Of a stretch of DNA of 64,000 nucleotides, positions 19,551-30,054 are shown piece after piece. The stretch is from positions 1 through 64,000 of the IMG/VR virus record IMGVR_UViG_2934734009_000001; one strand, 5' to 3'. A model generated the notes under the pieces. It was not told the DNA's origin and ran no database searches. It saw only the letters and a program-made list of their open reading frames with translations. Position 1 is the first letter of the stretch, and each line of letters opens with the position of its first letter. The DNA is from a virus. Its lineage: Duplodnaviria; Caudoviricetes. Both the position numbers and the translations under genes were made by a program.

Positions 19551-20719
19551 CAGGCGGCCTTCCTTGTCTTCAGGCGCCCAACGTCCTTCTTGACCTGGGC
19601 GAGGTACTTGTAGATCCGGGCCACCGTGCCGTCGCCGTCGCTGGACCCGACCGCAGCCTTGACCGTGGTGCCTTCGCTAGCAGTGCAGATGAGGGCCACT
19701 TCGCGGACCACGTCGGTCATCCACGATTCGCGGACTTTCGCGGACACGGTGTCGCCGACTTGGTAGTCCCGCCCGTACTGGAGGAGCGGGATATCGATCG
19801 GGCTGATTGCCAGCGATCCTTGCCCGGCGCCTGCGGCGAGGGCCTCCTCGGCGGCCTGGTCCATCTGCGCCACCAGGTCGACAGAGGCCGTGTCCACGGA
19901 GGTCAGGTCGACGAACTGCTCGATGATCAGCCCGGGGAACAGCGGGTCGGCCCGGTCGTAGGTCTTGCACTGGCGGGGCGAGGACTGGCCGCCGGCGACA
20001 ACGACGGCGCGTGTGCAAGTGGGCGGGGTGGTGGTGTAGTTGGCGTCGGTGAGGTTCCCGAGGTCGAACGCGAACCGTGCGGTGCCGCTGCGGTCGGCGG
20101 GCTCGTACACCTGGAACTGGAGCCCGGACCCCGCCTGGACGATCCGGAACCCGAGCCCGGCCGCGTTCGCGATGTCGGCGAGGAGGCCGAGGAGGCCATC
20201 GAACTGGTTGAGCTGCCGGGTGACCGCCGGCCCACGGCCCCCGTCAGATGCGAGCGTGAGGAGCGTGTTCTTGCGAGCCGCCAGCGCCCCAGGCCCCGCG
20301 TTGAGGTTCACGAGGGACCGCATCGCAGTCTCCGCAGCCACACCGCTGATCTTGTACACCGTGTCTGCCTGAGACCCGATGGCGCTACCGGGCGCCGGCC
20401 AGCAGGTATAACGGGCCAGCAGCTCCGTGTCGGACACCCCGCCGACGGTGAGCTTCCCCGCCCCGGAGTCGTCCTTGGAGCGGGACCAGTCGACGGTGCG
20501 AATCGGCCCGGAGTCAACGAGCGTGCCGTCAGCGGTGCGGATGATCAGCCCGCTGCCCTCGGCCAGCAGGTTCGCTTTGCCTGAGTCGGCGGAGATTTCC
20601 AGGACGTAGGACCCGATGGCGTTGTAGCGGGGGATGACGGTGAGGCTGGTGTAGTCGTCGATCTGCCCGATGCGTTCCAGGGCGGGGTTGCGGACGTAGA
20701 CACGAAGTGCGGTGCTCAT
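19550..20719 (-). CDS. Baseplate hub/minor tail protein (ReqiPepy6 Gp37-like)
   Basis: R-GQIDDY, RYN-IG, YGRDYQVGDTV; follows Dit. Confidence 0.85.
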   Translation of the reverse strand: MSTALRVYVRNPALERIGQIDDYTSLTVIPRYNAIGSYVLEISADSGKANLLAEGSGLIIRTADGTLVDSGPIRTVDWSRSKDDSGAGKLTVGGVSDTELLARYTCWPAPGSAIGSQADTVYKISGVAAETAMRSLVNLNAGPGALAARKNTLLTLASDGGRGPAVTRQLNQFDGLLGLLADIANAAGLGFRIVQAGSGLQFQVYEPADRSGTARFAFDLGNLTDANYTTTPPTCTRAVVVAGGQSSPRQCKTYDRADPLFPGLIIEQFVDLTSVDTASVDLVAQMDQAAEEALAAGAGQGSLAISPIDIPLLQYGRDYQVGDTVSAKVRESWMTDVVREVALICTASEGTTVKAAVGSSDGDGTVARIYKYLAQVKKDVGRLKTRKAA

Positions 20720-20732
20720 GGGGGTCCTCCTC

Positions 20733-21668
20733 TCAGGCGGCCAGGTAGCGGGGCTGGTACGTCATACGGACAGAGGTGGCCGACGTGGAGCCGGCCACGG
20801 TGAGGGTGAGCTGGTTGACGCCGGTCTCCAGGGGCCACAAGGAGGAGGCGTCGGAGAGGTTCGGCCACAGGTTGGTCGTGCCGTTCAGGAGGGCTGTCTG
20901 GCGGCGTTCCCGGGTGTCGATGACGATCGTGTCGGCGCCGGTGATGGTGCGGGTGAGGACGAGGGTCTGCCCAGTGGTCACGTTCGTGAGGGTGGCTGAC
21001 GTGGCCGGGCCTTTGATGGTCCACACGGGGAAGGCGTCGTCGTCCCCGTCGTTGTCTACGGTGACCGACCCCAGCACCTGTGAGTCGCCGACCGTCAGCG
21101 GCAGGAACGGGAAGAAGTCGCCGCCCGTGTCGTTCATCCACTCGGTGGTGACCTCCCCCCCAGTCCAGTACGGGGACGGGGCTGCGAAAGTGACCACGCC
21201 GATGCACCAGCGGCGGCCCGCGGCGTCGAGGGATTCGTCGCCTTCCATGCCGTCCTGGTAGCGGACCCCGATGCTGCGGACGTCACCGTCGGGCTGGGTG
21301 AGAGTCAGGGTCCCCTGCCCGCGCTTCGGGTTGAGCGCCCGGATGAAAGTGCGCCTGCGGGCCAGATAGGCGGCCCGTGAGTCGTTGGCCCAGAAAGCGA
21401 GCGGAATAGAGATCGTTTTGCCCTGGGCGCGGACCTGCCGCACCTCGTACCCGTCGATGCCCGGTGATTCGTCGGTCGCCATGGCATACCCGGGCATGTC
21501 CAGGCCCTTGGCGCCGGGCTGGACAACCCAGCCGCGCTCCCAGTCGGTGAGGAGCGTCGTCACACCACCGGGGTCCGTGAAGCTGACCAGGGGCATCTCG
21601 ACGAGGCGTTGCGGCCACTCCCACGGCGGCTGGACCGGCAGGGTCGTCGAGGCTACGAGGATCGGCAT
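20733..21668 (-). CDS. Distal tail protein (Dit)
   Basis: GLDMP, F-AP-PYW, N-GD..P-W-I-GP, W-L--G-N; follows the TMP. Confidence 0.85.
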   Translation of the reverse strand: MPILVASTTLPVQPPWEWPQRLVEMPLVSFTDPGGVTTLLTDWERGWVVQPGAKGLDMPGYAMATDESPGIDGYEVRQVRAQGKTISIPLAFWANDSRAAYLARRRTFIRALNPKRGQGTLTLTQPDGDVRSIGVRYQDGMEGDESLDAAGRRWCIGVVTFAAPSPYWTGGEVTTEWMNDTGGDFFPFLPLTVGDSQVLGSVTVDNDGDDDAFPVWTIKGPATSATLTNVTTGQTLVLTRTITGADTIVIDTRERRQTALLNGTTNLWPNLSDASSLWPLETGVNQLTLTVAGSTSATSVRMTYQPRYLAA

Positions 21669-24600
21669 CAGTAGGCTCCGCTCATGACCGGGCGGTGAAG
21701 CATGTCTTCCTGCGCCATGGCGTCGAGGATGCTGCGGCGGGAGGCGACCTCGCGGGTGGTTGCGTTGTAGTGCAGGTGCCGGTCACCGGTGGTGTTGTTG
21801 ACCGTGCGCGTTTCGGTACGGGCCAGACCGGCGGCGGCTGTCGACCGGACGGTGCGGGCCATGGATGCGGCTGCTGCTGCGGCCTGCGGGATGGTGTCGC
21901 GGACGCCGCGGACGAAGCCGAGCCCGGTGAACCGGCCGAGGCTGGCGAGTACCTGCGACGGCGATTTGATCTTCAGTTCGACCTTGATGGTCTTCTGGAT
22001 CTTCTTCGCCAGGTCGGCCATTGCCTTCACGATCGCCGACTCCTGCGCCACCAGCCCTGTGAGAAATCCCTTCCCTGCCATGGCTCCGGCGTCGTACATG
22101 ACGTCGGCGGCGGACTGTCCGTAGGCGGTGGCCGCCTTCCCGATCTGCACCTGAGTCGCGTTGATGGACTTGAGTTGGGCGTCGGTCGCATTCACCAGCG
22201 CCGCGGCGTAGGGTGCGCCCTGGTCCGGGCCCGCTTGGATGATCTGCCCGATCAGATCCTTGGACAGGCCGCGCTTGCCCAGGATCTCCAGGTTCTTCGA
22301 GAACGCCTGGAGCTGCCCGAGACGGACCTGAAGCCCGTTGAGGATTCCGTCCGCACCGAAAGGCAGCCCACTGTTCGGCAGGCCGGTCAGAGACGCGAAG
22401 CCGCTCGCGCTGGCAGTCGTCTCGGTGGCGAACGCCTTAGCCTGGGCGATCTTCGCAGCGATGGTGTCGCGCTGCTTCGCCAGGGTCTGGAGCGCCTTGT
22501 TCTGTGTGGTGAGCTGCCGTACCAGCTTGTCATCGAGAGTCGTCTTCACGCCCTTGAACGCGTTCTTCACGGCGGTGGCGACCTGGGTCATGGCCTTGTC
22601 GATCGCGGACGCCGTACCGGCCAGGGCCTTGAGGAAGTTCGCACCGACCGACGCCGCGATGGGTCCAGTGTCGATGCTCTTCCCGCCAACCCGAATGACA
22701 CCGCCCGTGGCGTACCCGCCGCTGCGGCGGAACCCGGTGCTGATCTGCACTCCTCCGCCGACGATGCCGCCTTGGGCGTACCCGCCGATCCGGTTGTACG
22801 CCGACGACAGGGATCCGTACCGGCTGAGGGCGTAGCGCATGGAGGCGTAGATGTTCGCCATCGGGTCGATGCTGACCCCGTACAGCTTGGGCCCGGTCTT
22901 GCGGTACTTCCCGGCGTAGGCATTGAACGTCGGCTCGATGACCTGCATCAACCCGACGCTGGGGGTGCCGTTGATCCAGTTGATGTCGTTGCGGTTGACC
23001 GCCTTCGGATTGCCGCCACTCTCCTGGTTCATCCGGCGGAGCGTCGTGTTCACCAGCGACAGGGACTGGCCGACCTGACCGAGGGCCTGAGTGACGACAC
23101 CCCGGAACCGCTCGACGCCGGCGCCCGCCTCACCCCCGGTGCCCCCTTCGAGATAGCGCATGGGGTCGACGGTCTTGCCGCTGATACGGGCTTCGAGGTG
23201 GAGGTGGGGGCCGGTGGTATTGCCGGTGGCTCCGACCCGGCCGATCTGCTGGCCGCGCTTCACTGTGTCGGAGGCGCGCGCCAACATGGCGGACATGTGG
23301 GCGTACAGCGACGACAAGCCGCTGCCGTGATTGATCTCGATGTGCTTGCCGTAGGGGCCGGAGTCGACGGCCTGGCGGACGATGCCGGAGTCGACTGCCC
23401 GGATCGGTGCTCCCGTCTTCGCCGGGAAGTCCAGACCGGTATGCCGGCCCGAGCTCCACATGAGCCCGGCCTTCCCGAACGGCGTGCCGTAGGGGGCGGA
23501 CACGGGCTTGAGCCACTGGCCGGCGCCTTCGACGATGTCCTTGCCGCGGATGTAGTCGATGGCCTTGTTGATCAGCCCGATCGGGGCCTGCCCGATCATG
23601 CCGGGCCAGGTGCCCTTGTCCTTCCCGAGCGCCTTCGTGATGCCCTTCTTCACCGGGGAGAACGCCGACTCGGCAAGGTCGGCCAGCCCGCCGCGGGCGA
23701 CGTCGGCGCCCTTGGAGAGCACGCTGCCGACGGCATTGGTGATGCCGTCGAAGATGCCGCCCTCAGCGAACCCACGGAACTGACGGAGACTGCGCCCCTG
23801 CATGGCAGCCTGGTTGACGGCGTGGAGCCTGGCCCGCTCATACGGGTCCTGCATAGCCTCGGAGACGTAGACGCCCTCGCCGCGGCGCATGGGGACAAGC
23901 TGATCGTCTCCCTGCCGCCATGACGACTGGCCGGGGAGGATCCCGCCGCGGGCGAAGCCCTTCGGCATGCCCATGGGCTTGAGGTCGGGGACCCCGGGGA
24001 TTTTCGCAGCGGTCTTGTTCCAGACCGCGACGATGCCCTTGTTGTAGACGACGTCGATCCAGAACTTGATCGGCGCCTTCACCAGGTCCTTGAGACCGGC
24101 CCAGATCTTCCCGAGACCCTTCTTCAGGGTCTCGAAGGCCCCGGAGAGCTTCTCGGCGAAGTTGTCGAAGCCGCGGCGGACGCTTCCCCAGGCATCAGTG
24201 GCGGTGGTTTTGATGTCGGTCCACAGCCCGGACCAGGCGTCGGACACCTTGTCGCGGATCCAGTTGAAGATGCGGACCGCACCGTCGCGGAGGTTGGTGA
24301 ACCACCTGATGGCCCCGTTGACGATGTCGGGGATGACGGAGTGGCCGAGGAGAAAGTCGTACAGCCAACTGAAGGCCTTGGCGATGGCGTTGGTCAGCCA
24401 CTTCACCGCGTCGACTCCGGGCTGGATGTCCTTGCGGAGGTCCGTCATCGACTTGATGAACATCTTCATCGCCGGGATGACGACCCGCAGGATGATCGCC
24501 GTGGCCAGCTGGGTCATCAGCATCGAAAACTGAATCAGGGGCGGCAGCAGCGGCATGATCGCAGGCAGCAGCTGAATCAGGAACTCGGTTCCCAGCAGCG

Positions 24601-27529
24601 CCAACTGCGGGAGTAGCGGGGCCAGGGCGAGAAGGATGTCGCCGATGCTCTTCCCAAGCTGCATCAGCGGCGGCACGAGCATCGGGATGATCGGCAGCAG
24701 TTGCTGCAGGACCTGCATGAACGCTGCCGCGTACTGCCCAGCCAGCTCGGAGATGACGGCGGACAGGCCCTTGATGATGGGGCTGAGGACCGGGCCAAGC
24801 ATCCCGGCGATCTGGGCGATGACCGGGGCCAACTGGTTGAAGACGACGATCAGCGTGTCGAAGATCGGTATGACCAGTGGCAGGAGGTCGGCGATCAGCT
24901 GTCCGAGAACGGGGAGGAGCGGTGACACGGCCTTGACCAGGGCGATGATCGCCTGGGCGGCAACCACCAGCACCGGGCCAAGGGCCTCCGCGACCGGGAG
25001 AAGTGCCTCTCCCAGCGTTGCGAACAGGTCGGAGATGGCGGGGCCGAGGAGCTTTGCAACCTGAGTCACCGAGGGCGCCAAGGCGGCGAGGACCGGAAGG
25101 ACTGCCTGGATGGCGTCGCCCAGCGCCCCAGCGAGCAGTCCGGCCACTGCCTGGACCGCGGAGAAGATCGCCTTCAGCGACGCCTGCACCTCGGGCAGGG
25201 CGGTGACCCGGCGGATCTCTGCCAGGGCGGATCCGATGATGGCGAAGAAGTCGCCACCCCCGTCGGCGGCGGCCCCGAAGACGTTCTTGATGATGCCGCC
25301 GAGGTCCGCCAGGACCCCACCAAAGGACACGGCTACGTCGAGGGCCGTATTGATGGCCTCTTCGAGGCGCCCGTTCTCCAGTCCCTTGGCAAGCTTGCCC
25401 ATGACCCGGTCCATGGCCTCGCCGGCGCCGCTGGTGATGCGGTCCCAGGCTGGGCCGGCGGCGATGGTGAGTTGGGACAGGCCGGTGAGGACTTGACCGG
25501 GGATGCGGTTGAGGTTCCCGAGGCCGTTGCGGATGACGTCGAACGTGCCCTTGAGCTGCCCGGTCTTTTCGAGGCTATCGACGGCGGTTAGGGCGTTCTT
25601 CGCCATGTTGCCGAGTTCGCCTGCGGCTCCGACGACCCCGGCCCGGACGGTGGGTAGGATGCGCCCGCCGACGGCCTGGAGACGGGTGCCGAGCCCGGCG
25701 AACAAGGCGTCCTGCACGTCGAGCTTCATAGCCCGCCACGCGGGCGCCATGGCCTGGAGGATGCTGACGAAGCTGCGGGCGTTCGGGCTGAGTTTGGAGA
25801 TGGCGTCGTCGAGCTTCGTGGTTTGGATAGCGGCGGTCTGCTGGGCGTCCGCGACCGCTCGTGCGGCGTCGGCAACGGCACGGTGGGCGTCGGCGAGGCC
25901 ACGCTCTTGTTCGGCAACCTGCTGGTTCGCCGTCCGGATCCGCTCCTGCGCCTGCACGACCGCGTCGGAACCAGCAACCCCAGCCTTGTTCGCTGCGGCG
26001 GTATCGACCTGGAGGCGCTTTTGTTGCCGCTTCTGCTCCTCGGCGGCGGCCCGTGCCCGCTCAAGTGCAAGGTCGGCCTGCTGAATCTGAAGCTGGGTGG
26101 CGGTCGGGTCGGAGCGCGTCTTAGCGAGGTCGAGTTCGGCCTGCTCGATGTCGAGCGCAGCCTGCTTCTGGTCGAGTGCGCCTTGGCGGAGGCGCTGGTT
26201 CATGTCCTCCAGGTCGCGGATGGCCTGCCGGCGGGCGGCGGACAGTTCCTGTTGGGCTTGCCGTGCGGTGCGCTGGGCTTGGGACAGGTTGCGTTCGGCG
26301 TCGGCGACGCCCCGCTGGGCGTTGGCGAGGGAGCGCTGCGCGGATTCGACCTGCCGGGCGGCGGTCACCGCCGCCTTCGCTTCGGCTGGCGCCGGGTTGA
26401 GCGCGGCCTTGATGGCGTCACCAACCCCGGAGGTGCCGAGCTTGATCGCGCCGAACGCGGTGGCCAGGGTCAGCACGCCGGGGGCGGCAACTGCAGCCAG
26501 AGGCCCAAGCTGAGCGACAGCTGAGCCGAGGGAGGCAACCTGAGGCAGGGCAAGAACTGCCGCGGCGGCCAGTGACCCGATGCCACCGGAGAGCCGGCCG
26601 AGGCCACCGCCGCTGCCGCTCGCGGACCCCAGTGACGCAAGAGAGCCAGTGAGCGCGGACAGTCCGACGGTGCGGACGCGGACGTTCGTGACTCGGTCAC
26701 GGGTAAGTGTGGTGAGTGCGGTGGCGGCGCCAGCGGTGTCGGCGCGGGCGGTGATGCGGGCTGTGCGGCGGCGGGTGAGGTTGGCGATGTCGTCGGCGGC
26801 AACCCGGGTATCGACGTCAACGCCAAGGCGAACGCGCTGCCTCTGGGTGAGGCCCCGGAGTTCGTTGGCCGCAACCCTGGTGTCGAGGGTGGCGCGGAGC
26901 TGGACAAAGCGGTCTGCTGTGAGCTTGTCGAGGGCCCGCTCGACTCGCTTGTACGCCGCATCCTGGATCTTCGCAACGATGTCGACGGTGCTTTGCCCGA
27001 ACCCGGCGAGCTTAGATTTGGCTGCGGTGTCGTCGACTTGGGCGACGATCCGGACGGTGCGTTCGTCGTTGAGGCGGGCGAGTGCTGTCTTGGCGGCCCG
27101 GTCCTCAAGCTGGGCGGTGATCTTTACGGTGCGCTGGTCGGTGAGCTTGCCGAGCGCGGTGCGGGCCGCGGTGTCGTCGAGTTCGGCCCGGACCTTCACG
27201 GTGCGGTCGCGGGTGAGTCGAGTCAGGGTGGTGGTTGCGGCCTTGTCGTCCAACTCGGCCGTCACCTTGATCGTGCGGGCCTTGGTGAGCTTGGTGAGCT
27301 TGGCCTCGGCCACCGTCGTCAGTAGGTCGACACCGACCCGCACGGTGGGCGTGGCTGCAGCCAACTTTCGCCGGATCCCGTCCAGGATCTGGTCTCCGGC
27401 GACTTCGCCGGCGAGTTTGGCGGGCTGGCGGATGGCGGAGGGCAGCTCGATGCGGAGCTTGTCGCCGAAGGACGACGTGTCCGGGATGAGTGATACCCGG
27501 GTGGATCCGACGAGTGTCGGCTCGGCCAT
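21668..27529 (-). CDS. Tape measure protein with M23 peptidase and lytic transglycosylase domains
   Basis: About 1950 aa; N-terminal ~24-aa repeats, coiled coils; HTGLDF...YAH...GPHLHLE (M23); QESGGNP..GLMQVI..TF (SLT). Confidence 0.95.
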   Translation of the reverse strand: MAEPTLVGSTRVSLIPDTSSFGDKLRIELPSAIRQPAKLAGEVAGDQILDGIRRKLAAATPTVRVGVDLLTTVAEAKLTKLTKARTIKVTAELDDKAATTTLTRLTRDRTVKVRAELDDTAARTALGKLTDQRTVKITAQLEDRAAKTALARLNDERTVRIVAQVDDTAAKSKLAGFGQSTVDIVAKIQDAAYKRVERALDKLTADRFVQLRATLDTRVAANELRGLTQRQRVRLGVDVDTRVAADDIANLTRRRTARITARADTAGAATALTTLTRDRVTNVRVRTVGLSALTGSLASLGSASGSGGGLGRLSGGIGSLAAAAVLALPQVASLGSAVAQLGPLAAVAAPGVLTLATAFGAIKLGTSGVGDAIKAALNPAPAEAKAAVTAARQVESAQRSLANAQRGVADAERNLSQAQRTARQAQQELSAARRQAIRDLEDMNQRLRQGALDQKQAALDIEQAELDLAKTRSDPTATQLQIQQADLALERARAAAEEQKRQQKRLQVDTAAANKAGVAGSDAVVQAQERIRTANQQVAEQERGLADAHRAVADAARAVADAQQTAAIQTTKLDDAISKLSPNARSFVSILQAMAPAWRAMKLDVQDALFAGLGTRLQAVGGRILPTVRAGVVGAAGELGNMAKNALTAVDSLEKTGQLKGTFDVIRNGLGNLNRIPGQVLTGLSQLTIAAGPAWDRITSGAGEAMDRVMGKLAKGLENGRLEEAINTALDVAVSFGGVLADLGGIIKNVFGAAADGGGDFFAIIGSALAEIRRVTALPEVQASLKAIFSAVQAVAGLLAGALGDAIQAVLPVLAALAPSVTQVAKLLGPAISDLFATLGEALLPVAEALGPVLVVAAQAIIALVKAVSPLLPVLGQLIADLLPLVIPIFDTLIVVFNQLAPVIAQIAGMLGPVLSPIIKGLSAVISELAGQYAAAFMQVLQQLLPIIPMLVPPLMQLGKSIGDILLALAPLLPQLALLGTEFLIQLLPAIMPLLPPLIQFSMLMTQLATAIILRVVIPAMKMFIKSMTDLRKDIQPGVDAVKWLTNAIAKAFSWLYDFLLGHSVIPDIVNGAIRWFTNLRDGAVRIFNWIRDKVSDAWSGLWTDIKTTATDAWGSVRRGFDNFAEKLSGAFETLKKGLGKIWAGLKDLVKAPIKFWIDVVYNKGIVAVWNKTAAKIPGVPDLKPMGMPKGFARGGILPGQSSWRQGDDQLVPMRRGEGVYVSEAMQDPYERARLHAVNQAAMQGRSLRQFRGFAEGGIFDGITNAVGSVLSKGADVARGGLADLAESAFSPVKKGITKALGKDKGTWPGMIGQAPIGLINKAIDYIRGKDIVEGAGQWLKPVSAPYGTPFGKAGLMWSSGRHTGLDFPAKTGAPIRAVDSGIVRQAVDSGPYGKHIEINHGSGLSSLYAHMSAMLARASDTVKRGQQIGRVGATGNTTGPHLHLEARISGKTVDPMRYLEGGTGGEAGAGVERFRGVVTQALGQVGQSLSLVNTTLRRMNQESGGNPKAVNRNDINWINGTPSVGLMQVIEPTFNAYAGKYRKTGPKLYGVSIDPMANIYASMRYALSRYGSLSSAYNRIGGYAQGGIVGGGVQISTGFRRSGGYATGGVIRVGGKSIDTGPIAASVGANFLKALAGTASAIDKAMTQVATAVKNAFKGVKTTLDDKLVRQLTTQNKALQTLAKQRDTIAAKIAQAKAFATETTASASGFASLTGLPNSGLPFGADGILNGLQVRLGQLQAFSKNLEILGKRGLSKDLIGQIIQAGPDQGAPYAAALVNATDAQLKSINATQVQIGKAATAYGQSAADVMYDAGAMAGKGFLTGLVAQESAIVKAMADLAKKIQKTIKVELKIKSPSQVLASLGRFTGLGFVRGVRDTIPQAAAAAASMARTVRSTAAAGLARTETRTVNNTTGDRHLHYNATTREVASRRSILDAMAQEDMLHRPVMSGAY

Positions 27530-27543
27530 GCTGCCCTCCCCTC

Positions 27544-28041
27544 CTACGGTGCTGCTTCGAGTTCGCGGAGCTTGCTGGCCCAGTGGTCGATCTCCGCTTG
27601 GCGGCCCTGGGTGGTGCCGGGCGAGAACTGGTTGAGCACTGCCTCGCTGTAGGCCACCCCGGCGGCGTCTAGTTCGGCTTGCCGCTCGTCGACTTCCGTG
27701 GCCGGAGATTCGACGGGCGGCATGTCCGGCGGGTCGCCCTTGAGGTGGGCGGCCCACAGGACGCGGATCATGAGGAGAAGGGCGTTGTACTGGGCTGCTT
27801 GCAGGTAGGTGTTCTGCGTCCAGCGCCTTCCGTCCACGTCTCCAGCGGTGGCCGCCTTGGTCGCAGAGTCCTCCGGCAAGTGCTCGACTAGGTCCCGGAG
27901 CTCGGCCCAGTTCATGGACCCTTCACCCCAGGACATGGCCCAGAACTCGTCTAGGCGGCGGCCTGGGTAGTAGCGCTGGAGGTCGGCGCGGACGGCTCCT
28001 GGATGCTCTTCGAGGAGCTGGAGGAGCCGGAGCCTTCCCCC
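27544..28041 (-). CDS. Tail assembly chaperone, frameshifted C-terminal part (gpGT-like)
   Basis: The -1 frame from G GGG GAA (28035-28041) reads RLRLLQLLEEHPGAVRADLQRYY...LVEHLPEDSAT to the stop at 27544. Confidence 0.8.
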   Translation of the reverse strand, partial: GGRLRLLQLLEEHPGAVRADLQRYYPGRRLDEFWAMSWGEGSMNWAELRDLVEHLPEDSATKAATAGDVDGRRWTQNTYLQAAQYNALLLMIRVLWAAHLKGDPPDMPPVESPATEVDERQAELDAAGVAYSEAVLNQFSPGTTQGRQAEIDHWASKLRELEAAP

Positions 28042-28379
28042 GTGTCGGTGCCCGCCTCCCCGTTGATCTCCTTGAGGAGTTCGGTGAGTTCACCCACGGT
28101 GAGCTGGGCGACCTCGACGAGCTGGTCGAACGCCTCGGGCGGGGAGGCGATCTTGCGGAGGATGCTGAGGTTGTTGCTGTCGCCGTCCGCTTCGACGGCC
28201 TTGACGACGGCGAGGGGCCAGTAGTCCTGGGTGAGGAACGAGCAGCGGCGCTCCTCGACCTCGTACTCGGTGTCACCGGGCACCTCGAAGACGAGGTCGA
28301 CGTGCTTGACCCCGGCCTTCTGGGCGATCTGGGCGCGCATCTCCTGGAGCTTGATGACCTTGCGGTTCGGCTTGGACAT
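27951..28379 (-). CDS. Tail assembly chaperone (gpG-like)
   Basis: Between major tail protein and TMP; ends GEGSGSSSSS after the slippery site. Confidence 0.85.
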   Translation of the reverse strand: MSKPNRKVIKLQEMRAQIAQKAGVKHVDLVFEVPGDTEYEVEERRCSFLTQDYWPLAVVKAVEADGDSNNLSILRKIASPPEAFDQLVEVAQLTVGELTELLKEINGEAGTDTGEGSGSSSSSKSIQEPSAPTSSATTQAAA

Positions 28380-28481
28380 GGTCCGGGTTCCTTACTCAGG
28401 CGGGGGCAGGCGGGGGCTTTGCAGGTGATCCGTCGTGCCGCCCCCGCCAGGGATTGGGCGCGACGGATCACCAGTCAGGGG

Positions 28482-29072
28482 TTAGTCCTCCGGAAGCGCC
28501 ACGTCGGTGATCATGTGCTGGACGGACTGGGCGCCGCCCGGTGCGCTGAGCGCGGTGAAGGTGAGCTCGTAGTTCGAGCTGTCGTCCGCGCTGTGCTTGC
28601 GGGCGCCGCGGTCGGACACGCCGCAGCGGGCGATCATGATGCGGTGCCGCTTCCCGCCGTAGATGACGTCCAGGCCCAGGCCGATCTCCACCGTGTCCTG
28701 AGTGGAGCCCGACCCGAAGGAGAGGAACTGCTTGGTCGCCGGCGGGCCGACAGCCGCTGCGGTGCTGGTCATGTTCGCCAACTGCACCTGGTAGTACAGG
28801 GACAGCAGCTGGGCGGTGGTCTCGCGGAAAGTGAGCTTGAACGTCTGGGTGCGCTTCTTCGCGAGGTCGACAACGGGTGCGTCTTCACCCCAGGCGTCGA
28901 GCTGGGTGCGCTCCTCTGCCATGGCCTCCTCAAGGCCGTCGGGGGTGATGAACCCCATGTCGGTGAATCCGGCGGGCCAGGCGATCTCCGGGCCGGCGGG
29001 GAAGGTGGTGCCGACGGGGGCGGCGTAGGCCTTGCCCGCTGTGCCGACGATGATGTTTGCCGAGTCGCCCAC
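28482..29072 (-). CDS. Major tail (tube) protein
   Basis: G-AY-APVGT, D-GFI--DG, AWG, YELTF-A; position. Confidence 0.9.
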   Translation of the reverse strand: MGDSANIIVGTAGKAYAAPVGTTFPAGPEIAWPAGFTDMGFITPDGLEEAMAEERTQLDAWGEDAPVVDLAKKRTQTFKLTFRETTAQLLSLYYQVQLANMTSTAAAVGPPATKQFLSFGSGSTQDTVEIGLGLDVIYGGKRHRIMIARCGVSDRGARKHSADDSSNYELTFTALSAPGGAQSVQHMITDVALPED

Positions 29073-29082
29073 GACGGGCCTC

Positions 29083-29511
29083 CTAGCTGTTCGGGAGGGG
29101 TGGGCGGACGCTCATCCCCAGGATCATGCCGACACGGGCTACGCCGGTGTTGGGCTCTTCTGGTCGGTCTTGCGGGCCGGTCTCCTGCGAGATGGCGCTG
29201 ACGATGCCGTCCTCCGTCGACCGGCCGGGGAACAGCTCCCACTCGGCACACACCCGAAGGGCGAGGCGCATGGCTGATCCTTCGTTGGCGGCGTAGCAGT
29301 CGATCGAGAACCGGGGTCGGTCGGTTGTGGCGGGGTCGGACCAGCCGCGCATGGTGCTGGTGCCGCCGACCCTCAGGACCCTGACCGCCGGAAGCTTGGC
29401 GGCGAGCGCCTTGCCCTCGGGGAGCTTCGACGCCACGTAGGCGTCGGGCATGGCGAGGTCGAGAAGGTCGATGGCGACCTTCTTGCCGTCGGGGAGGACC
29501 AGCGCGGCCAT
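29083..29511 (-). CDS. Tail terminator protein
   Basis: P-VRV-RVGG, DRPRFSIDCYA; precedes the major tail gene. Confidence 0.8.
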   Translation of the reverse strand: MAALVLPDGKKVAIDLLDLAMPDAYVASKLPEGKALAAKLPAVRVLRVGGTSTMRGWSDPATTDRPRFSIDCYAANEGSAMRLALRVCAEWELFPGRSTEDGIVSAISQETGPQDRPEEPNTGVARVGMILGMSVRPPLPNS

Positions 29512-29513
29512 GG

Positions 29514-29726
29514 CTACTTGCCTGCGGCCTTCTGCGGCTGGCTGCCGGTCGTCGGGTTCTTCTCCCCGGCGGTCTTGGCGGCTTCGTCGGCCTTCTTGTC
29601 GTCGACGACTTCGGCGAAGCCCTTCCAGCGGTGGACCTCGTCGGCGGGGACGTCAACGGTGTCGCCGGGCTGCTTGTCGCCACGCCAGAACGTCAGGCGC
29701 ATCTTCACAGTGCTGCGGTCAGACAT
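29514..29726 (-). CDS. Small virion-associated hypothetical protein
   Basis: PGDTVDV motif; AGGAGG RBS. Confidence 0.7.
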   Translation of the reverse strand: MSDRSTVKMRLTFWRGDKQPGDTVDVPADEVHRWKGFAEVVDDKKADEAAKTAGEKNPTTGSQPQKAAGK

Positions 29727-30054
29727 GGTGGTCGCCTCCTGCGGCGTCGAGAGCGTTGCCCAGCACATGCTGAGGCAGATGGATGCGGCGGCCGTTCCGG
29801 TCGGTCTGCCGGGTGCCGAGCTCCACGTAGATTGCGTAGTGGACTGGGGCGTCTACGTGGACCGACCCCGACTCCGGGTCCGGGCGTTCGACGCGGTGGA
29901 TGGTGTCCCGGTACAGGCCCGTGTCGACCGGAGCGGCCAGTTTCGCCACCCCGACGACGGCGTCCGCGCGGGCCGCCATGTCGGCCTGCACCGCCGGATC
30001 GTGGACCAGCCCAGCGATGGCGTCCTCATCGAGATCGATACGGAAGTCGTTCAT
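29719..30054 (-). CDS. HK97 gp10-like neck/tail-completion protein
   Basis: APVDTGLYRDTI, YAIYVELGT. Confidence 0.85.
   Translation of the reverse strand: MNDFRIDLDEDAIAGLVHDPAVQADMAARADAVVGVAKLAAPVDTGLYRDTIHRVERPDPESGSVHVDAPVHYAIYVELGTRQTDRNGRRIHLPQHVLGNALDAAGGDHHV

Noticed and set aside
26700-27330. ~72-bp periodic repeats
   Set aside because: They encode the ~24-aa N-terminal repeats of the tape measure protein
21695-27635. Long + strand ORFs opposite the TMP (likewise 31126-32676, 45099-47354, 60183-62168)
   Set aside because: Antisense shadows expected in high-GC DNA; no motifs
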